NCBI GenBank assembly: GCA_963808625.1
Contig: CAWEHK010000017.1
Location: forward strand, 46,435 to 110,434
Direction: 5' to 3'
Origin: an uncultured delta proteobacterium
GTDB lineage: Bacteria; Desulfobacterota; Syntrophobacteria; Syntrophobacterales; Syntrophobacteraceae
DNA length: 64,000 bases
A model generated the notes under the pieces. That model had not been told where the DNA came from. It saw nothing but the letters and a program-made list of their open reading frames with translations, and did no database searches. The position numbers and the translations under genes are program-made. Shown in pieces: positions 21,615 to 35,838 of the stretch. Position 1 is the first letter of the stretch. Every line of letters starts with the position of its first letter.

Positions 21615-22756
21615 ATGGTCTCTCCCTGGAAGCGCACCAAGGCCATCCTGCTGCTCGAGGATGGCACCATTTTTCGCGGTTATGCCTTTGCGGGACAAGG
21701 GCGGGCCCTGGGCGAAGTGGTCTTTAACACGAGCATGACGGGCTATCAGGAGGTCCTCACCGATCCCTCCTATAAGGGGCAGATGGTCGCCATGACCTAT
21801 CCTCTGACCGGGACCTACGGCATTAACGACGAAGACATGGAATCCGCAACGATCCGGGTGGAAGCCTTTATCGTGAAGGAGTATCAGGATTTCGCCAGCA
21901 ACTGGAGAAGCACCAGGACCCTTGCTGATTTTCTCAACGACCACCACAAGATCGGGATCGAAGGCCTCGACACCCGGGCACTGACCCGCCACATTCGGGT
22001 GGCCGGCGCCATGCGGGGGATCATTGCCACGGACACGGACGACGTTGCCGCCCTGATGGAAGAGGTTCAGGCCTTTCCCGGGCTGAACGGCATCGATCTC
22101 GTCCAGTACGTTACCTGCGCGCAGCCCTACCGGTGGTGCCATGGACCCAAGTTGGCCCGGATTCTCTTGCCTGGTCTTCGGGGCAGGCGGGGTTCCGGGT
22201 GGCGGCCCTGGACTGCGGGATCAAGTACAACATCCTGCGCCTGCTCGAACGAGCCGGATGTCAGGTCATCGTGTTCCCGGCGCATACTCCGGCTGAACAG
22301 ATCCTGGCGACCGATCCCGACGGTGTCTTCCTTTCCAATGGTCCGGGCGATCCGGCGGCGCTGCACCAGGTCATTGAGACGGTGCGGGGGCTTCTGGGAA
22401 AGCGGCCGGTCTTTGGGATCTGTCTCGGTCACCAGGTAATGGGACTGGCCCTGGGCGGAAAAACGTTCAAACTCAAGTTCGGCCATCGCGGGGCGAACCA
22501 GCCCGTCAAGGACCTGACTACCGAAAGAGTTGAGATCACTTCTCAGAACCACGGGTACTGCGTCGATATCGACTCGCTGGCCCACGTCCCCGTGCGCCTC
22601 ACCCACCTCAACCTCAACGACAACACGCTGGAAGGAATGGAACATCTGGAAATCCCCGCATTCAGCGTGCAGTACCATCCCGAAGCTTCACCCGGCCCTC
22701 ATGACGCTGCCTACCTCTTTGATCGCTTTATCGACCTGATGAAGCGGAACCAGTAG
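21615..22756 (+). CDS. carA: Carbamoyl-phosphate synthase small subunit (one frameshift near 22140)
   Basis: [50 protein letters not shown]. Confidence 0.97.
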
Positions 22757-22772
22757 CAAGGAACACCCTTTC

Positions 22773-25996
<3,224 letters not shown>

Positions 25997-26009
<13 letters not shown>

Positions 26010-26145
26010 TGAGTGAGAGAGAACGAGTGATGAGTGACGAGTGATGAGTGACGAGTGATGAGTGACGAGTGACGGGAGTGACGAGTGATGAGTGATGAGT
26101 GACGAGTGGTGAGTGACGAGTGATGAGTAATGAGTGGTGAGTGAG
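25997..26145 (+). repeat. Tandem heptamer array (GAGTGAY) x ~20
   Basis: Counted 20 units of GAGTGAT/GAGTGAC and variants with two small interruptions; begins inside the last carB codons and supplies its TGA. Confidence 0.95.
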
Positions 26146-26176
26146 ATGACACGGACGATGAGAGAAGAACGGGGTA

Positions 26177-26554
26177 ATGACTGAAAGGATCAGCAGGTTC
26201 GAGGACCTGATTGCATGGCAGAAGGCGCGAAGTCTCACTGCAAGTGTTTACAGGATTACAACAGGAGGGCTTTTCGCCAAGGATTTGGGGCTGAAGGACC
26301 AGATCCGGCGGGCAGCGGTGTCAGCCATGTCAAACATTGCCGAGGGCTTTGAACGCGGAACACCAACTGAATTCCACCGCTTCCTTACGATTGCTAAGGC
26401 TTCGTGTGGAGAGCTTCGGTCTCAACTTTATGTAGCATTGGATGTGGGTTACTTAACCGAGGAAATATTCGGCGCCTTGCTTGCGCAAGCAGACGAAGTG
26501 GCACGGATCATCGGGGGCTTGCGCATTTCAGCCAAGCGACGTCGGGAGGCATAG
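26177..26554 (+). CDS. Four-helix-bundle protein (23S rRNA IVP / bAvd-like fold family)
   Basis: [56 protein letters not shown]. Confidence 0.93.
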   Translation: MTERISRFEDLIAWQKARSLTASVYRITTGGLFAKDLGLKDQIRRAAVSAMSNIAEGFERGTPTEFHRFLTIAKASCGELRSQLYVALDVGYLTEEIFGALLAQADEVARIIGGLRISAKRRREA

Positions 26555-26563
26555 AGAACTCTT

Positions 26564-28123
26564 ATGAACCAAACCCCTTCACTCACTACCAGTCACCCAG
26601 CGCCTGCTCCTGAAGTCCCTCCGCTCATCACTCATCACTCATCACTCATCACTCGTCACTCGTCACTCGTTCCTCCCCACTCATCACTCGCTCCTTTCAT
26701 CCCCCGAAAACGCGAAGAATGCGGTATTTTTGGGGTTTACGGGAACTCCGAGGCGGCCAAGCTGACCTATTTCGGGCTTTATGCCCTCCAGCACCGGGGC
26801 CAGGAAAGCGCGGGTATCGCGGTTTCCGACGGTCAGCAGGTCAGAGAATACAAGCATATGGGACTGGTGCACGATATTTTCAAGGAAGACATCCTTCAGG
26901 CCCTGAAGGGACATCTGGCGATCGGCCATGTCCGCTATTCGACGACGGGTTCTTCCCTGCTGGCAAATGCTCAGCCGTTCGGCGTCTTCCTTGGCGATGA
27001 ATATTACGGGATTGCGCATAACGGCAATCTTGTCAACGCGTTTCAGTTACGTCGAGAGCTGGAGGCAAAGGGCGCCATTTTCCAGTCCACCATGGATACC
27101 GAGGTGATCATTCACCTCATGGCCAGGCGGCTGCGTAATGGTCTCGAGGAAGCCCTGATTGAAGCTCTGAATCAGGTGCAGGGGGCCTATTCACTCGTCA
27201 TGTGCACGAAGGATAAGCTGATCGGGATAAGGGACCCCCGGGGCTTTCGTCCTCTCTGCCTTGGTGAGTTAGACGGCAGTTACGTGCTCGCTTCCGAAAC
27301 CTGTGCCTTCGATCTGATTGAGGCGACCTATATCCGCGATCTCGACCCGGGTGAGATTCTCATCATCGACGGCAGCGGCTTGCGGTCTCTGCACCCTTTT
27401 CCCAAGGCCCGACCTGCCCACTGCATCTTCGAATTCATCTACTTCGCCCGGCCCGATAGCAGCATCTTCGGACAAAACGTCTACTTGTTCCGGAAGCGAT
27501 TGGGACACCTGATGGCGCGGGAAAATCAGTCCCTCGCCGCCGACCTGGTGATGCCCTTTCCCGATTCCGGAAACTACGCGGCGCTGGGGTTTGCCGAGGC
27601 TTCCAGGATACCGTTCGAAATGGGTGTAATCAGAAACCATTATGTGGGAAGGACCTTCATTCAGCCGAGCCAGGCGATGCGGGATTTTGGGGTGCGAGTC
27701 AAGCTGAATCCGGTTCGGGAGTTGCTGCAAGACAAACGGGTTGTTCTCGTGGAAGACTCCATTATCCGGGGCACGACTACCCGCACCCGCCTTCGCGCCC
27801 TTCGTAAAGCCGGGGCAAAAGAAGTCCACATGCTGGTGAGCTGCCCGCCGCACCGCTTCCCGTGCCCCTATGGCATTGACTTCTCCACCAAAGGCGAGCT
27901 CATTGCCGCATCCCATTCGGTGGAGGAAATTCGGCAATTCATTGGCCTCGACTCGCTCAGTTATCTGAGTCTCGAGGGACTGCTTGAGGGCGCGGGTGCA
28001 GCGAGGGACAATCACCATTTCTGCCTCGCCTGCTTTACCGGCAACTACCCGGTCGCCTTCGAAGGGCAGGTGCGAAAGAACTGTTTCGAAAATCGCGGGC
28101 AAGATTCGCTGAACGTATGCTGA
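26564..28123 (+). CDS. purF: Amidophosphoribosyltransferase with an extended propeptide
   Basis: REECGIFG, LQHRGQESAGI, IGHVRYSTTG, AHNGNL, VEDSIIRGTT, CLACFTG (Fe-S type). Confidence 0.97.
   Translation: MNQTPSLTTSHPAPAPEVPPLITHHSSLITRHSSLVPPHSSLAPFIPRKREECGIFGVYGNSEAAKLTYFGLYALQHRGQESAGIAVSDGQQVREYKHMGLVHDIFKEDILQALKGHLAIGHVRYSTTGSSLLANAQPFGVFLGDEYYGIAHNGNLVNAFQLRRELEAKGAIFQSTMDTEVIIHLMARRLRNGLEEALIEALNQVQGAYSLVMCTKDKLIGIRDPRGFRPLCLGELDGSYVLASETCAFDLIEATYIRDLDPGEILIIDGSGLRSLHPFPKARPAHCIFEFIYFARPDSSIFGQNVYLFRKRLGHLMARENQSLAADLVMPFPDSGNYAALGFAEASRIPFEMGVIRNHYVGRTFIQPSQAMRDFGVRVKLNPVRELLQDKRVVLVEDSIIRGTTTRTRLRALRKAGAKEVHMLVSCPPHRFPCPYGIDFSTKGELIAASHSVEEIRQFIGLDSLSYLSLEGLLEGAGAARDNHHFCLACFTGNYPVAFEGQVRKNCFENRGQDSLNVC
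26627..26689 (-). repeat. Reverse-complement heptamer array (RTCACTC) x 9, inside the purF 5' coding region
   Basis: ATCACTC x4, GTCACTC x2, GTTCCTC, CCCACTC, ATCACTC; complementary to the 25997-26145 array. Confidence 0.92.
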
Positions 28124-28127
28124 TGGA

Positions 28128-29159
28128 GTGGCGGTGAGCGGAGAGTGCGGCACAAAGCGTGTTCAGCAAGAGGAGATCCTGGAGATTGCACGGGACGTCC
28201 TGCGGATTGAGGCCGAGGGGCTCCTCCATTTAGTCGACACCGTCTCCGAGAGCTTTGCAACAGCGGTGCAGTGGATTTACCAGGCTAAAGGACGAGTCAT
28301 CGTAACGGGAATCGGCAAGTCTGGAATCGTTGGTCGCAAAATCGTCGCGACGCTCAGCAGCACCGGCACTCCCGCCCTCTTTATCCACCCGGTTGAAGCC
28401 ATGCACGGTGATCTTGGCATGGTGCGCGGCGAGGACATCGTCTTAGCCCTGTCGAACAGTGGTGAAACCGACGAACTGAACGTCATCCTCCCCAGCCTTA
28501 AAGGGATCGGGACGCGCGTCATTGCCTTTACCGGCAGTATCACCTCCACTCTCGCCCAATACAGCGATCTGGCGATTTATACCGGCGTCCCGCGGGAGGC
28601 CTGTCCCCTTGGCCTGGCTCCTACGGCCAGCTCCACCGCGCTCCTGGCGATGGGAGATGCGCTGGCGGTCGCCCTCATCAAAGTGCGGGATTTTCAACTT
28701 CAGGACTTTCAGCGCTATCACCCGGGAGGCCATTTGGGCGAACGGCTCCAGGTCCCCCTCTACGAAGTGCTGCGCCAGGGGGCCGACATTCCCAAGGTGT
28801 ACCGGGATACGCCTGTCTCAGAAGCGCTGGTGGTGATGAGCCAAAAAGATCTTGGGGCAACCCTGATCGTAGACGCAGAGGAAGAGCTGCTCGGGATTTT
28901 CACCGATGGCGATCTGCGGCGCGCCCTCAATCGCTTTCCGGACCTCGGCAGCCGCTTCATTCATGAGGTCATGACGCCACAGCCACGCTCCATCTGTGCC
29001 GATCGCTCGGTGGCGGAAGCTCTGGAAATGATGGAACAGTATCTGATTACGGTGCTGCCGGTAGTGGATGCATCCGGCCGGCTGCAAGGCATCCTCCACC
29101 TTCATGACCTGCTGGGTAAAGGCCACATCCGCTTCACCCGAACCAATAGTGGTCACTGA
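28128..29159 (+). CDS. kdsD: Arabinose-5-phosphate isomerase, KpsF/GutQ family (SIS + CBS domains)
   Basis: GIGKSG, AMHGDLG, EACPLGLAPTASS, HPGGHLG, GIFTDGDLRR. Confidence 0.92.
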   Translation: MAVSGECGTKRVQQEEILEIARDVLRIEAEGLLHLVDTVSESFATAVQWIYQAKGRVIVTGIGKSGIVGRKIVATLSSTGTPALFIHPVEAMHGDLGMVRGEDIVLALSNSGETDELNVILPSLKGIGTRVIAFTGSITSTLAQYSDLAIYTGVPREACPLGLAPTASSTALLAMGDALAVALIKVRDFQLQDFQRYHPGGHLGERLQVPLYEVLRQGADIPKVYRDTPVSEALVVMSQKDLGATLIVDAEEELLGIFTDGDLRRALNRFPDLGSRFIHEVMTPQPRSICADRSVAEALEMMEQYLITVLPVVDASGRLQGILHLHDLLGKGHIRFTRTNSGH

Positions 29160-29167
29160 CCACTGCC

Positions 29168-31015
29168 ATGTACAATCAGCTCATCTATTTCATCATTGCC
29201 CTGCTGCTTTTTGCCATCCAGGAGCCCGGCACCGAGGCATTCATGCCTCTTTGGGAAACCATTCTGCTGGGGTTGGGCCTCTTCTCGCTCTATGCGATAA
29301 TCTGTTGCGCCACCTTTCGCCGGTTGCAGCATGATCTTGCCGTAAATCTTCCTCGTGCCCTTCTCATGCGGCGCTATCTTGCCGCGCAAAAGATGCTCTC
29401 CATTCTGGCGCTGCTCAATCTTGCCGTGGATGTTTACGTTCTGAACATCAAGTACTATCTCCACGGTCTCCCCGGATTCGAACAATCCCTTACCCTGCCG
29501 GGAATGGCCGGTCTTGCGCTGTTCTTGCTTCACCTGGCGGTGATGTGGGTCTGGAGCTACCCGGTATACCGGCATCTCTACCATTCGAACCTGGGGCCAC
29601 GGGCCTTCCTCAAGGGAAACCTGGCATTCAGTGCCGGCTCCTGATTCCCTGGTTCCTCATTTCGATGGTTTCCGACGCGTTGCAGTTCCTTAAGACCCCG
29701 GTTTTCCTGAGAACTGAGGCGGGGCAATTGGTCCTCATGGGAACGCTCCTGATCGTTTTCGTCCTCTTTGCACCATGGCTGGTGGTGCGTTTGTGGGGCT
29801 GTCGGGCGCTGCCGGATACGGCCGAGCGTGCGGAACTGGAGAGGTTTGCCGAGGAGCAGCATTTTCGTGTCGGCAACCTTATGCTGTGGCCGTTGTTTGG
29901 TGGGGAAACGCTTACCGCGGGAATCGTCGGGATGTTGCCGGGGTGGCGTTATATCCTCTTCACTCGAGGTCTTCTCGGGCTCCTCAATGTTGATGAACTC
30001 AAGGCGGTGATCGCCCATGAAATAGGCCATGTGCGTCGGTACCATCTGCTCTTTTACCTGGCTTTTTTCTTCTGTTATTCGGTTCTGGTTTATGCCTTGG
30101 GCGACCTGGCGGTGCTCGTGCTTCTTCGGAACCCGGTTGTCCTGGACTGGTTGCTTGGCTCTGAGCCGGTAAACGCCACGCTTCTCTCCGTCCTCACCAG
30201 CATCCCCATGATCCTTATGCTGGTGCTCTATTTTCGGTATGTGTTCGGGTTCTTTATGAGAAACAGCGAACGCCAGGCCGATCTCTATGCGCTCAAGTTG
30301 ATTGGCCACCCGTTTCTGCTGGTTTCCTCCCTGCGCAAGATAGCGTTTCACAGCGGCCAGTCGGAAGACTTGCCCAGCTGGCATCACTACAGCATCCGTC
30401 AGCGCATCGAGTTCCTTCTCGAGGCTTATAGGGATCCTGCGTTGATCAGAAAACATCACCAGAAGTACTACACCGCCGTGGTGCTTTTCTTCCTTCTGGT
30501 AGCGGGCTTGAGTACGGCGGGATTCAGCTTGGAAAAGACTAAAACCGTTCGGAATTGGCGCGCGGAGCTGCAGCTCTCCGTGATTGAGCGGGAAATTACC
30601 CGCAACCAGGCTGACCGGAAGCTGTACTCGGCGTATGGCAGCCTCCTCTTGGAACGGGGCCAGTTTGCAAAGGCGGAATCGGCCCTCCGGAAATCTTTGG
30701 AAGAGGCACCGCTGGACGCAAACACCTTGAACAATCTCGCCTGGCTCTATGCCACTTCTCCGCCGCCCCTATTTCAAGCCGCAGGCAGCCTTGGAACTGG
30801 CCTTGCGGGCCGCCACCCTGGAGCCGGATCCGGCCATTCTCGACACCCTGGCTGAGGCCTATTTTGTCAACGGCCAGGCCGAAGAAGCCTTGAAAATCAT
30901 TCAGCAAGCCATGCTCAAGAACCCCCGTAACCAGGAATATTTTTTGAGCCAGAAACAGAAGTTCGAGGCGAGCCTGAGTACCGCTCCCCGCCAAAAAGGG
31001 GCCGTCCAAGAATAA
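29168..31015 (+). CDS. M48 family membrane metallopeptidase with C-terminal TPR (two frameshifts)
   Basis: AHEIGH, ERQAD, TLNNLAWLYAT and LDTLAEAYF across three ORFs; many transmembrane segments. Confidence 0.85.
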
Positions 31016-31041
31016 CGTGCTCACATGTTGATCCTATTCCA

Positions 31042-31110
31042 AACCACGAAACACCCGAAAAACACGAAAGAATCTCTTCTGATCTTTCGGCTGTTTCGGG
31101 TCTTGGTGGT
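31042..31110. repeat. Empty AACCACGAA-type inverted-repeat element
   Basis: AACCACGAAACACCCGAAAAACACGAAAGA ... TCTTTCGGCTGTTTCGGGTCTTGGTGGT. Confidence 0.6.
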
Positions 31111-31134
31111 GAAAAACCGAAGGGGCTCCCGAAC

Positions 31135-31240
31135 GTCATTCCCGCATGCCTTTAGCGGGAATCCAGATGCTATTCGTCCCCTGGACCCCCGCTAAGAGCA
31201 TGCGGGGGTGACGATGTGTTGTGTGGGGGTGACGATGTGT
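31135..31240. repeat. GTCATTCCCG-type REP pair with a duplicated end
   Basis: GTCATTCCCGCATGCCTTTAGCGGGAATCCAG ... CTGGACCCCCGCTAAGAGCATGCGGGGGTGAC, then GGGGGTGACGATGTGT repeated. Confidence 0.7.
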
Positions 31241-31504
31241 GTCCGTGGCTAAAGACGGAAGTACCTGAAAGCAAGCACAGATCCTCATAAGCTGAGGCGC
31301 ATGGGCTGTGCCGGAATGACGACAAGGATAACGGTCAGTTTATTATTTGGAGCTGTATTGAGAGGATAAGAGGAGAGGGAGAACGCAAGGCTGGGAGGAG
31401 AACTGAGGGCTTCACTCCCAGCCTGGCTGAAATAGTCTCCATCTGAAAACCCCGGTTGTTCCCCTCCCCCGAAGACCAGGGCGGAGCCCGGCTATCGCCA
31501 ACTG

Positions 31505-32644
31505 CTAAAGCTGGCTCATAACCACCATGAGGTGGGCGACCTCACTGAGTGGTGCGTTCATGTTAGCGCGGTGGTTGGCGAAGAAACTGTCCAGATCGGC
31601 GTTGAGAACGAGCCACGGATCCATCTCCTCCGTTCGGCTCAGTTCATGCAACATCGTATCCATGATATCAATGCCATAGAGGGTCGAGGCCAGTTGCGGC
31701 TGATATCCTACACGCACAACTCGAAGGATTTCGTAGTAGACATGGGCAACCCCTTCGCGTAGTAAAAATAATCATCCGATTTCCACCAGCTCACGGTGCC
31801 GTCCACCAGCGACTTATTTACATTTCCCAGAAGATCTTTGTAGCTGGATATCAGCGAGACCAAGTTGTCCTTCCGATAATAAAAACTCCGTTTACCTGTT
31901 TTCAGCTTCTCCACAAATGTCTTCAGGTGGTCGACGGCTTCTTCATAACAGCTTTCGGCAGAGGGAAACCAGAAGGAGGTAGCGCTGTTCATAAAGAGAT
32001 GGAGTGCCTTCTCCAGGTCCGGATCGTAGGTGTCGGCATCGCCCATGCGCGTCAGGCTGTCCTTCAGACGGCCGGTGGTGAAACGAATCGCTTCCAGAAC
32101 ACCAAGCTGGTAGTTGTTTATATTATCGGTGAAGCGGCCAATAATGAGATCGTTCGGGCGCCATCCGAGGACCCGCCCGTGGAGCTCATGATTCATCAGA
32201 TTGATCATGGTCTCAACAAAGGTGACACCTGGGATCGGGGAAATTTCCGGAAGCGCTGGGCCGTGAGCCCCAGCCGGCGCCGCGTGTCCGGCAGCGGGTT
32301 CGTGGGCAGGTGCAGGAGCCTGAGTTGCTCCCGCCGGTGGATGGCCGGGAGGAACTTGGCCAGCCTCGCCGGGCACAGAGGAAGTGGCTGGAGGAACTGG
32401 TTCCCCGTGGGGCGCCTGAGTTGGTGCCGCCTGTCCATGCCCCTCAGACGCTGCCGGGCTTGGCAGCCGGTGTGGCAACGCCTGCCTCTCCTCCAGGAGT
32501 CAAGGTGTATTTTTGCAGTGCCCAGCTATAATAGGTTCCGCCCAATCCCAGCATCAGCGCCAGACTTGTCATCAAAATGAAAATGCCCCGCCGTCTGAAT
32601 GACCTTCCACTGCAGCCTCTCGCTCGTTCATCTTGAACTTCCAT
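31505..32644 (-). CDS. DUF2333 family protein (two frameshifts)
   Basis: N-terminal transmembrane helix, Pro/Ala linker, GWRPND, DNINNYQLGVLEA, FPSAESCYEE, DDYFYYAKG, FANHRANM. Confidence 0.8.
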
Positions 32645-32684
32645 GATTCCCGCTCCTTTTCTATGATCAGCTCATTCCACCAAG

Positions 32685-33059
32685 TCACTCACTCATAAAC
32701 GTTGCACAAGCATCTGCCGATTCCCAGGCTGATACCCTGTATAACCAGCGATTTTCATTGGTTAATCGCTGCGCCAGGAACTCGAAGAGGTATCGCGCAA
32801 TATTTTCCGAAGACGGATTGTGTTCGCGAAAAAAGGGGATATCGTTCAAATAGTGGTGATCCACTTCCCTGAGCGCTTCCCGTGTGGCTTCCTTCACTTC
32901 TTTAAAATCGATGAGGACGCCGCTTGCTTCCAGCTCTCTGCCCCGGAGCACCACCTCCACTTTCCAGTTGTGGCCATGCAGATTCTCACATTTACCTCGA
33001 AAATTCCTGAGGTTATGCGCAGCGGCAAAATCACTGAGGATCTTTACTTCGTAAATCAT
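32685..33059 (-). CDS. queD: 6-carboxytetrahydropterin synthase
   Basis: FAAAHNL...KCENLHGHNWKVEV, DHHYLND, NPSSENIA. Confidence 0.93.
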   Translation of the reverse strand: MIYEVKILSDFAAAHNLRNFRGKCENLHGHNWKVEVVLRGRELEASGVLIDFKEVKEATREALREVDHHYLNDIPFFREHNPSSENIARYLFEFLAQRLTNENRWLYRVSAWESADACATFMSE

Positions 33060-33208
33060 ATTCTTCAAATCAAGCTTTCCCCCCTCGGTCAACGACCTGA
33101 AAACCTTCGAAAAATTGTAAAACCCAAGGGCTTTGAAGGGTATTTCACATTTAGCTGAAAGGGTCTTCTTTGTCAATTGCAATCCCAGAGCCCCAAACTA
33201 CTTTCCGG

Positions 33209-33237
33209 TTGACGGAACCCACAGTTTCCTTTAAATT
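33209..33237 (+). promoter_or_regulatory. Sigma70 promoter of the tRNA gene
   Basis: TTGACG-17 nt-TAAATT followed by GC-rich CCCCTCCG, 14 nt before the tRNA. Confidence 0.65.
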
Positions 33238-33251
33238 CCCCTCCGTTCAGT

Positions 33252-33328
33252 GGCGGTGTAGCTCAGTCGGTCAGAGCATGCGGCTCATATCCGCAGTGTC
33301 CGGGGTTCAACTCCCTGCACCGCCACCA
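33252..33328 (+). tRNA. tRNA with CAT anticodon, most likely elongator tRNA-Met
   Basis: GGCGGTG/CACCGCC acceptor stem, D arm AGCTCAGTCGGTCAGAGC, anticodon arm TGCGG-CTCATAT-CCGCA, GGTTCAACTCC T arm, encoded CCA. The paired G1-C72 excludes an initiator tRNA. Confidence 0.95.
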
Positions 33329-33348
33329 AAACCGCATGAAATAGGGCT

Positions 33349-33416
33349 TTTCGGTTCATCTTCGGGGTGCTGCGCATGCTTTCTATACAAAGTGAGCCCC
33401 GAGGATGAATCGAAAA
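33349..33416. repeat. Imperfect inverted repeat just downstream of the tRNA
   Basis: TTTTCGGTTCATCTTCGGGG ... CCCCGAGGATGAATCGAAAA; the mismatches are G-U compatible. Confidence 0.55.
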
Positions 33417-33675
33417 CGCCCTTCCCGCTGATCACAATCCTGCTTGATTCTGAATACAATAGGCTATTACTTTCGCCTGTCAGTCCCCCAAGGCATGCCG
33501 TGTATTGTACGCAGGGCGGAATTTCGCTATTCTCTCCGCACGAGCTCATTAGCCGAGTCGCGGAGTGAGCCCCGGCGAATGGCGGGATGCTTAACACTAT
33601 CGGCGTGAATTTGTTATCGACACTACCGTCGCGAAAATCGGTGTTATACTCGTTGAAGATGAAGGGCTTAATTCT

Positions 33676-33747
33676 CACCGCAGAGACGCAGAGGACGCAG
33701 AAGCTCCATTTTTGAGCTTCCTCTGTGCTCTCTGCGTCTCTGCGGTG
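33676..33747. repeat. Empty ACCGCAGAG-type inverted-repeat element
   Basis: CACCGCAGAGACGCAGAGGACGCAG ... CTCTGTGCTCTCTGCGTCTCTGCGGTG. Confidence 0.8.
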
Positions 33748-34163
33748 AATAAAAAAGTGAAAGATCTCAACCTAAACAAGTATAATTGAAATCAGGACAT
33801 CACTAGGGGGAGGAAGCAGGGCGATTGCATGCAGGGCAAACGCACGAAATCATGAGGGCCCAAGGAGAGTGAGGAGGTCGTCGATGTTCCAACCAGCCTT
33901 ATTCCAGCTCGCCAGTTAATGCCATTCAAAGATCGTTTTCGATTCCTGCTGAAAACCCTTCCCTTTCATCTCGGCTTCGGTCTGTGGTTTCTGATCCCCG
34001 CGTTAAGCATTATTTTCTCTCCTTCGCACCCATTGCGAGCCACGCTGTATCATGTCGACCGGCAAAAGAGAGAGGTCTGTTCGACCAACCGTCGTATCGA
34101 TTGAAAAACATTCCAAGCGGTGAGACAGAGAGTTGTTCAATTTGCTGTCATTCGTTTTTCTGC

Positions 34164-35021
34164 CTACGTCATTTGGCGTTTACTCCAGACTGAGTAAGGC
34201 ACGGCCAGGAGCGCGCCCAGAATCATGTAGGTCAAGAGCGTGGGAATGAAGATCTGTCCGCAATCCGACAGTCCCGCGATGAACAGGGCGAGTCCGACAT
34301 TGCGCGCGATGCTTGCGATAGCGAGGACGGAACGCTGCTCCCGGGATGGGCCGCCCAATAGGTGGCCGATGGCCAAGGAGCTCCCCACCATCATGATGAT
34401 TGCCGCAGTGGGCAGGCCGCCCAGATTCAGCATCATCCGGAAGTCAGGCGAAAGAACAAGGAAAATGATCAGCACGGCAAAGAGCACGATGAACAGGACA
34501 TTGGCGAGCATTCGCACAGGTTTGCCCATCACCTCAGCGAGCCTGGGCGCGAAGCGCTGGATGAGCAGACCGATGATCACCGGCAAGAATGTGACCTGGG
34601 CGACTTGCCGGGCCACCTCGAAAGGGCTCACCCGTTCGGTTGCCAGTTCAAACAGAGCGTAAAATAAATGCAGGATGAGCGGTGTTATCACGACAGCCAG
34701 CAAAGCCAGTGTCAACTGCAGGCTGGCGGCGTAGGTAGGATCCCCGCCCGCCATTTCGGTCCGTTTGGTGGTGAGCGGGGCGCCCGGCGCGGCGGCCAAC
34801 ACAGCGAGGCCGGTGGCTACTGCGGGTGGTAATTCGAACACCCACAACAGTAGGCCCACAACAGCGGGGACCAGCACGATTACAGCGAGAAGGGAGCGGA
34901 GCAGTAATTCAGGCCGACGCAACAGGGAGGTGAGTTGTTGAAAAGAGTGGCTAACCCCCATGGCGAGCATGAGGCTGAAAATCGTCACGGTGACGAACTT
35001 GAGTAGGATGGGGTTATCCAT
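34164..35021 (-). CDS. Bile acid:sodium symporter (BASS) family transporter
   Basis: MLAMG, LAAAPGAP, SIARNVGLAL; about 9 transmembrane segments. Confidence 0.8.
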   Translation of the reverse strand: MDNPILLKFVTVTIFSLMLAMGVSHSFQQLTSLLRRPELLLRSLLAVIVLVPAVVGLLLWVFELPPAVATGLAVLAAAPGAPLTTKRTEMAGGDPTYAASLQLTLALLAVVITPLILHLFYALFELATERVSPFEVARQVAQVTFLPVIIGLLIQRFAPRLAEVMGKPVRMLANVLFIVLFAVLIIFLVLSPDFRMMLNLGGLPTAAIIMMVGSSLAIGHLLGGPSREQRSVLAIASIARNVGLALFIAGLSDCGQIFIPTLLTYMILGALLAVPYSVWSKRQMT

Positions 35022-35210
35022 AGTTCCAATCCCCTGCAATTCCAGAAGAATATGATTCTTCTTGTCTAAACACTTTTTCAGTTCACTCTTCTGCGCACCC
35101 CAAGAATCTTCCGTGCTCTGAAATTTCGCTTCGGTCGGCTTTTGCCTGCCAAGATACCTTGGCCGATTCTAGTGATTGATTGCATAGGTCATTGACATCA
35201 TGAATACAAC

Positions 35211-35280
35211 GTCACCCCGGTGAAAGGCGGGGTCCAGAACCCCTTAAAGACCGGATTCCGGCTCTCGCCGGGATTATGAC
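35211..35280. repeat. GTCAYYCCG-type REP pair
   Basis: GTCACCCCGGTGAAAGGCGGGGTCCAG ... CCGGATTCCGGCTCTCGCCGGGATTATGAC. Confidence 0.6.
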
Positions 35281-35336
35281 AAGGTGCACAACGTAAACGG
35301 CGTACATTTCTGCAATCAAGAGGGTCGACCTTTATG

Positions 35337-35722
35337 TCAATAGCGCGACAAGGGAAGCAGGCCAATAATCATCAGCAGAATCGCCATAATGAGCACCAGG
35401 GGATGGAAGCCGGTATAGTGAAACCGATCCTGTTTGATTTGCTGGAGAATACGCCAATGCTGGATCGTCGCGGCCGCCAGACCCAGAATTCCCAAAGTGA
35501 TAAAACTCAGCCCGAAATAAAAGGGGGTGTCCAGATGTTCCAGAGGGCGTCCCCCTCTACGGCCTGGTCGAAAAGGTCCCGAAACTGGGCGATTCCAAAC
35601 CCGAAACCGATAAGGGAGAGGGCCGTGCGGACCCAGGCCATCAGGGTCCGGTCAGCCGCTTGCCGGCTGCGCTCTCTGGCAAGTTCGGTGGCTACTTTCG
35701 GTTTTTGCGTGTTTTCATTCAT
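35337..35722 (-). CDS. DUF202/YidH family membrane protein (frameshift)
   Basis: ELARERSRQAADRTLMAWVRTALSLIGFGF; the hydrophobic C-terminal half is in a shifted frame. Confidence 0.8.
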
Positions 35723-35838
35723 GGGCAATCCTTTTTCCTTTAAGCAAGCTCAGGATATCAAGCCATCGCCCCTCGGCGGTGGCCATCGGCTCCGGCATCC
35801 TGGTCGCCGGACGCGCGGCTCAACCGCGGGACCTATCC

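Noticed and set aside
33252..33328. Initiator tRNA or tRNA-Ile2
   Set aside because: The paired 1-72 bases and the absence of three consecutive G-C pairs at the loop-proximal end of the anticodon stem argue against an initiator. Ile2 seems less likely from the acceptor stem but was not excluded computationally.
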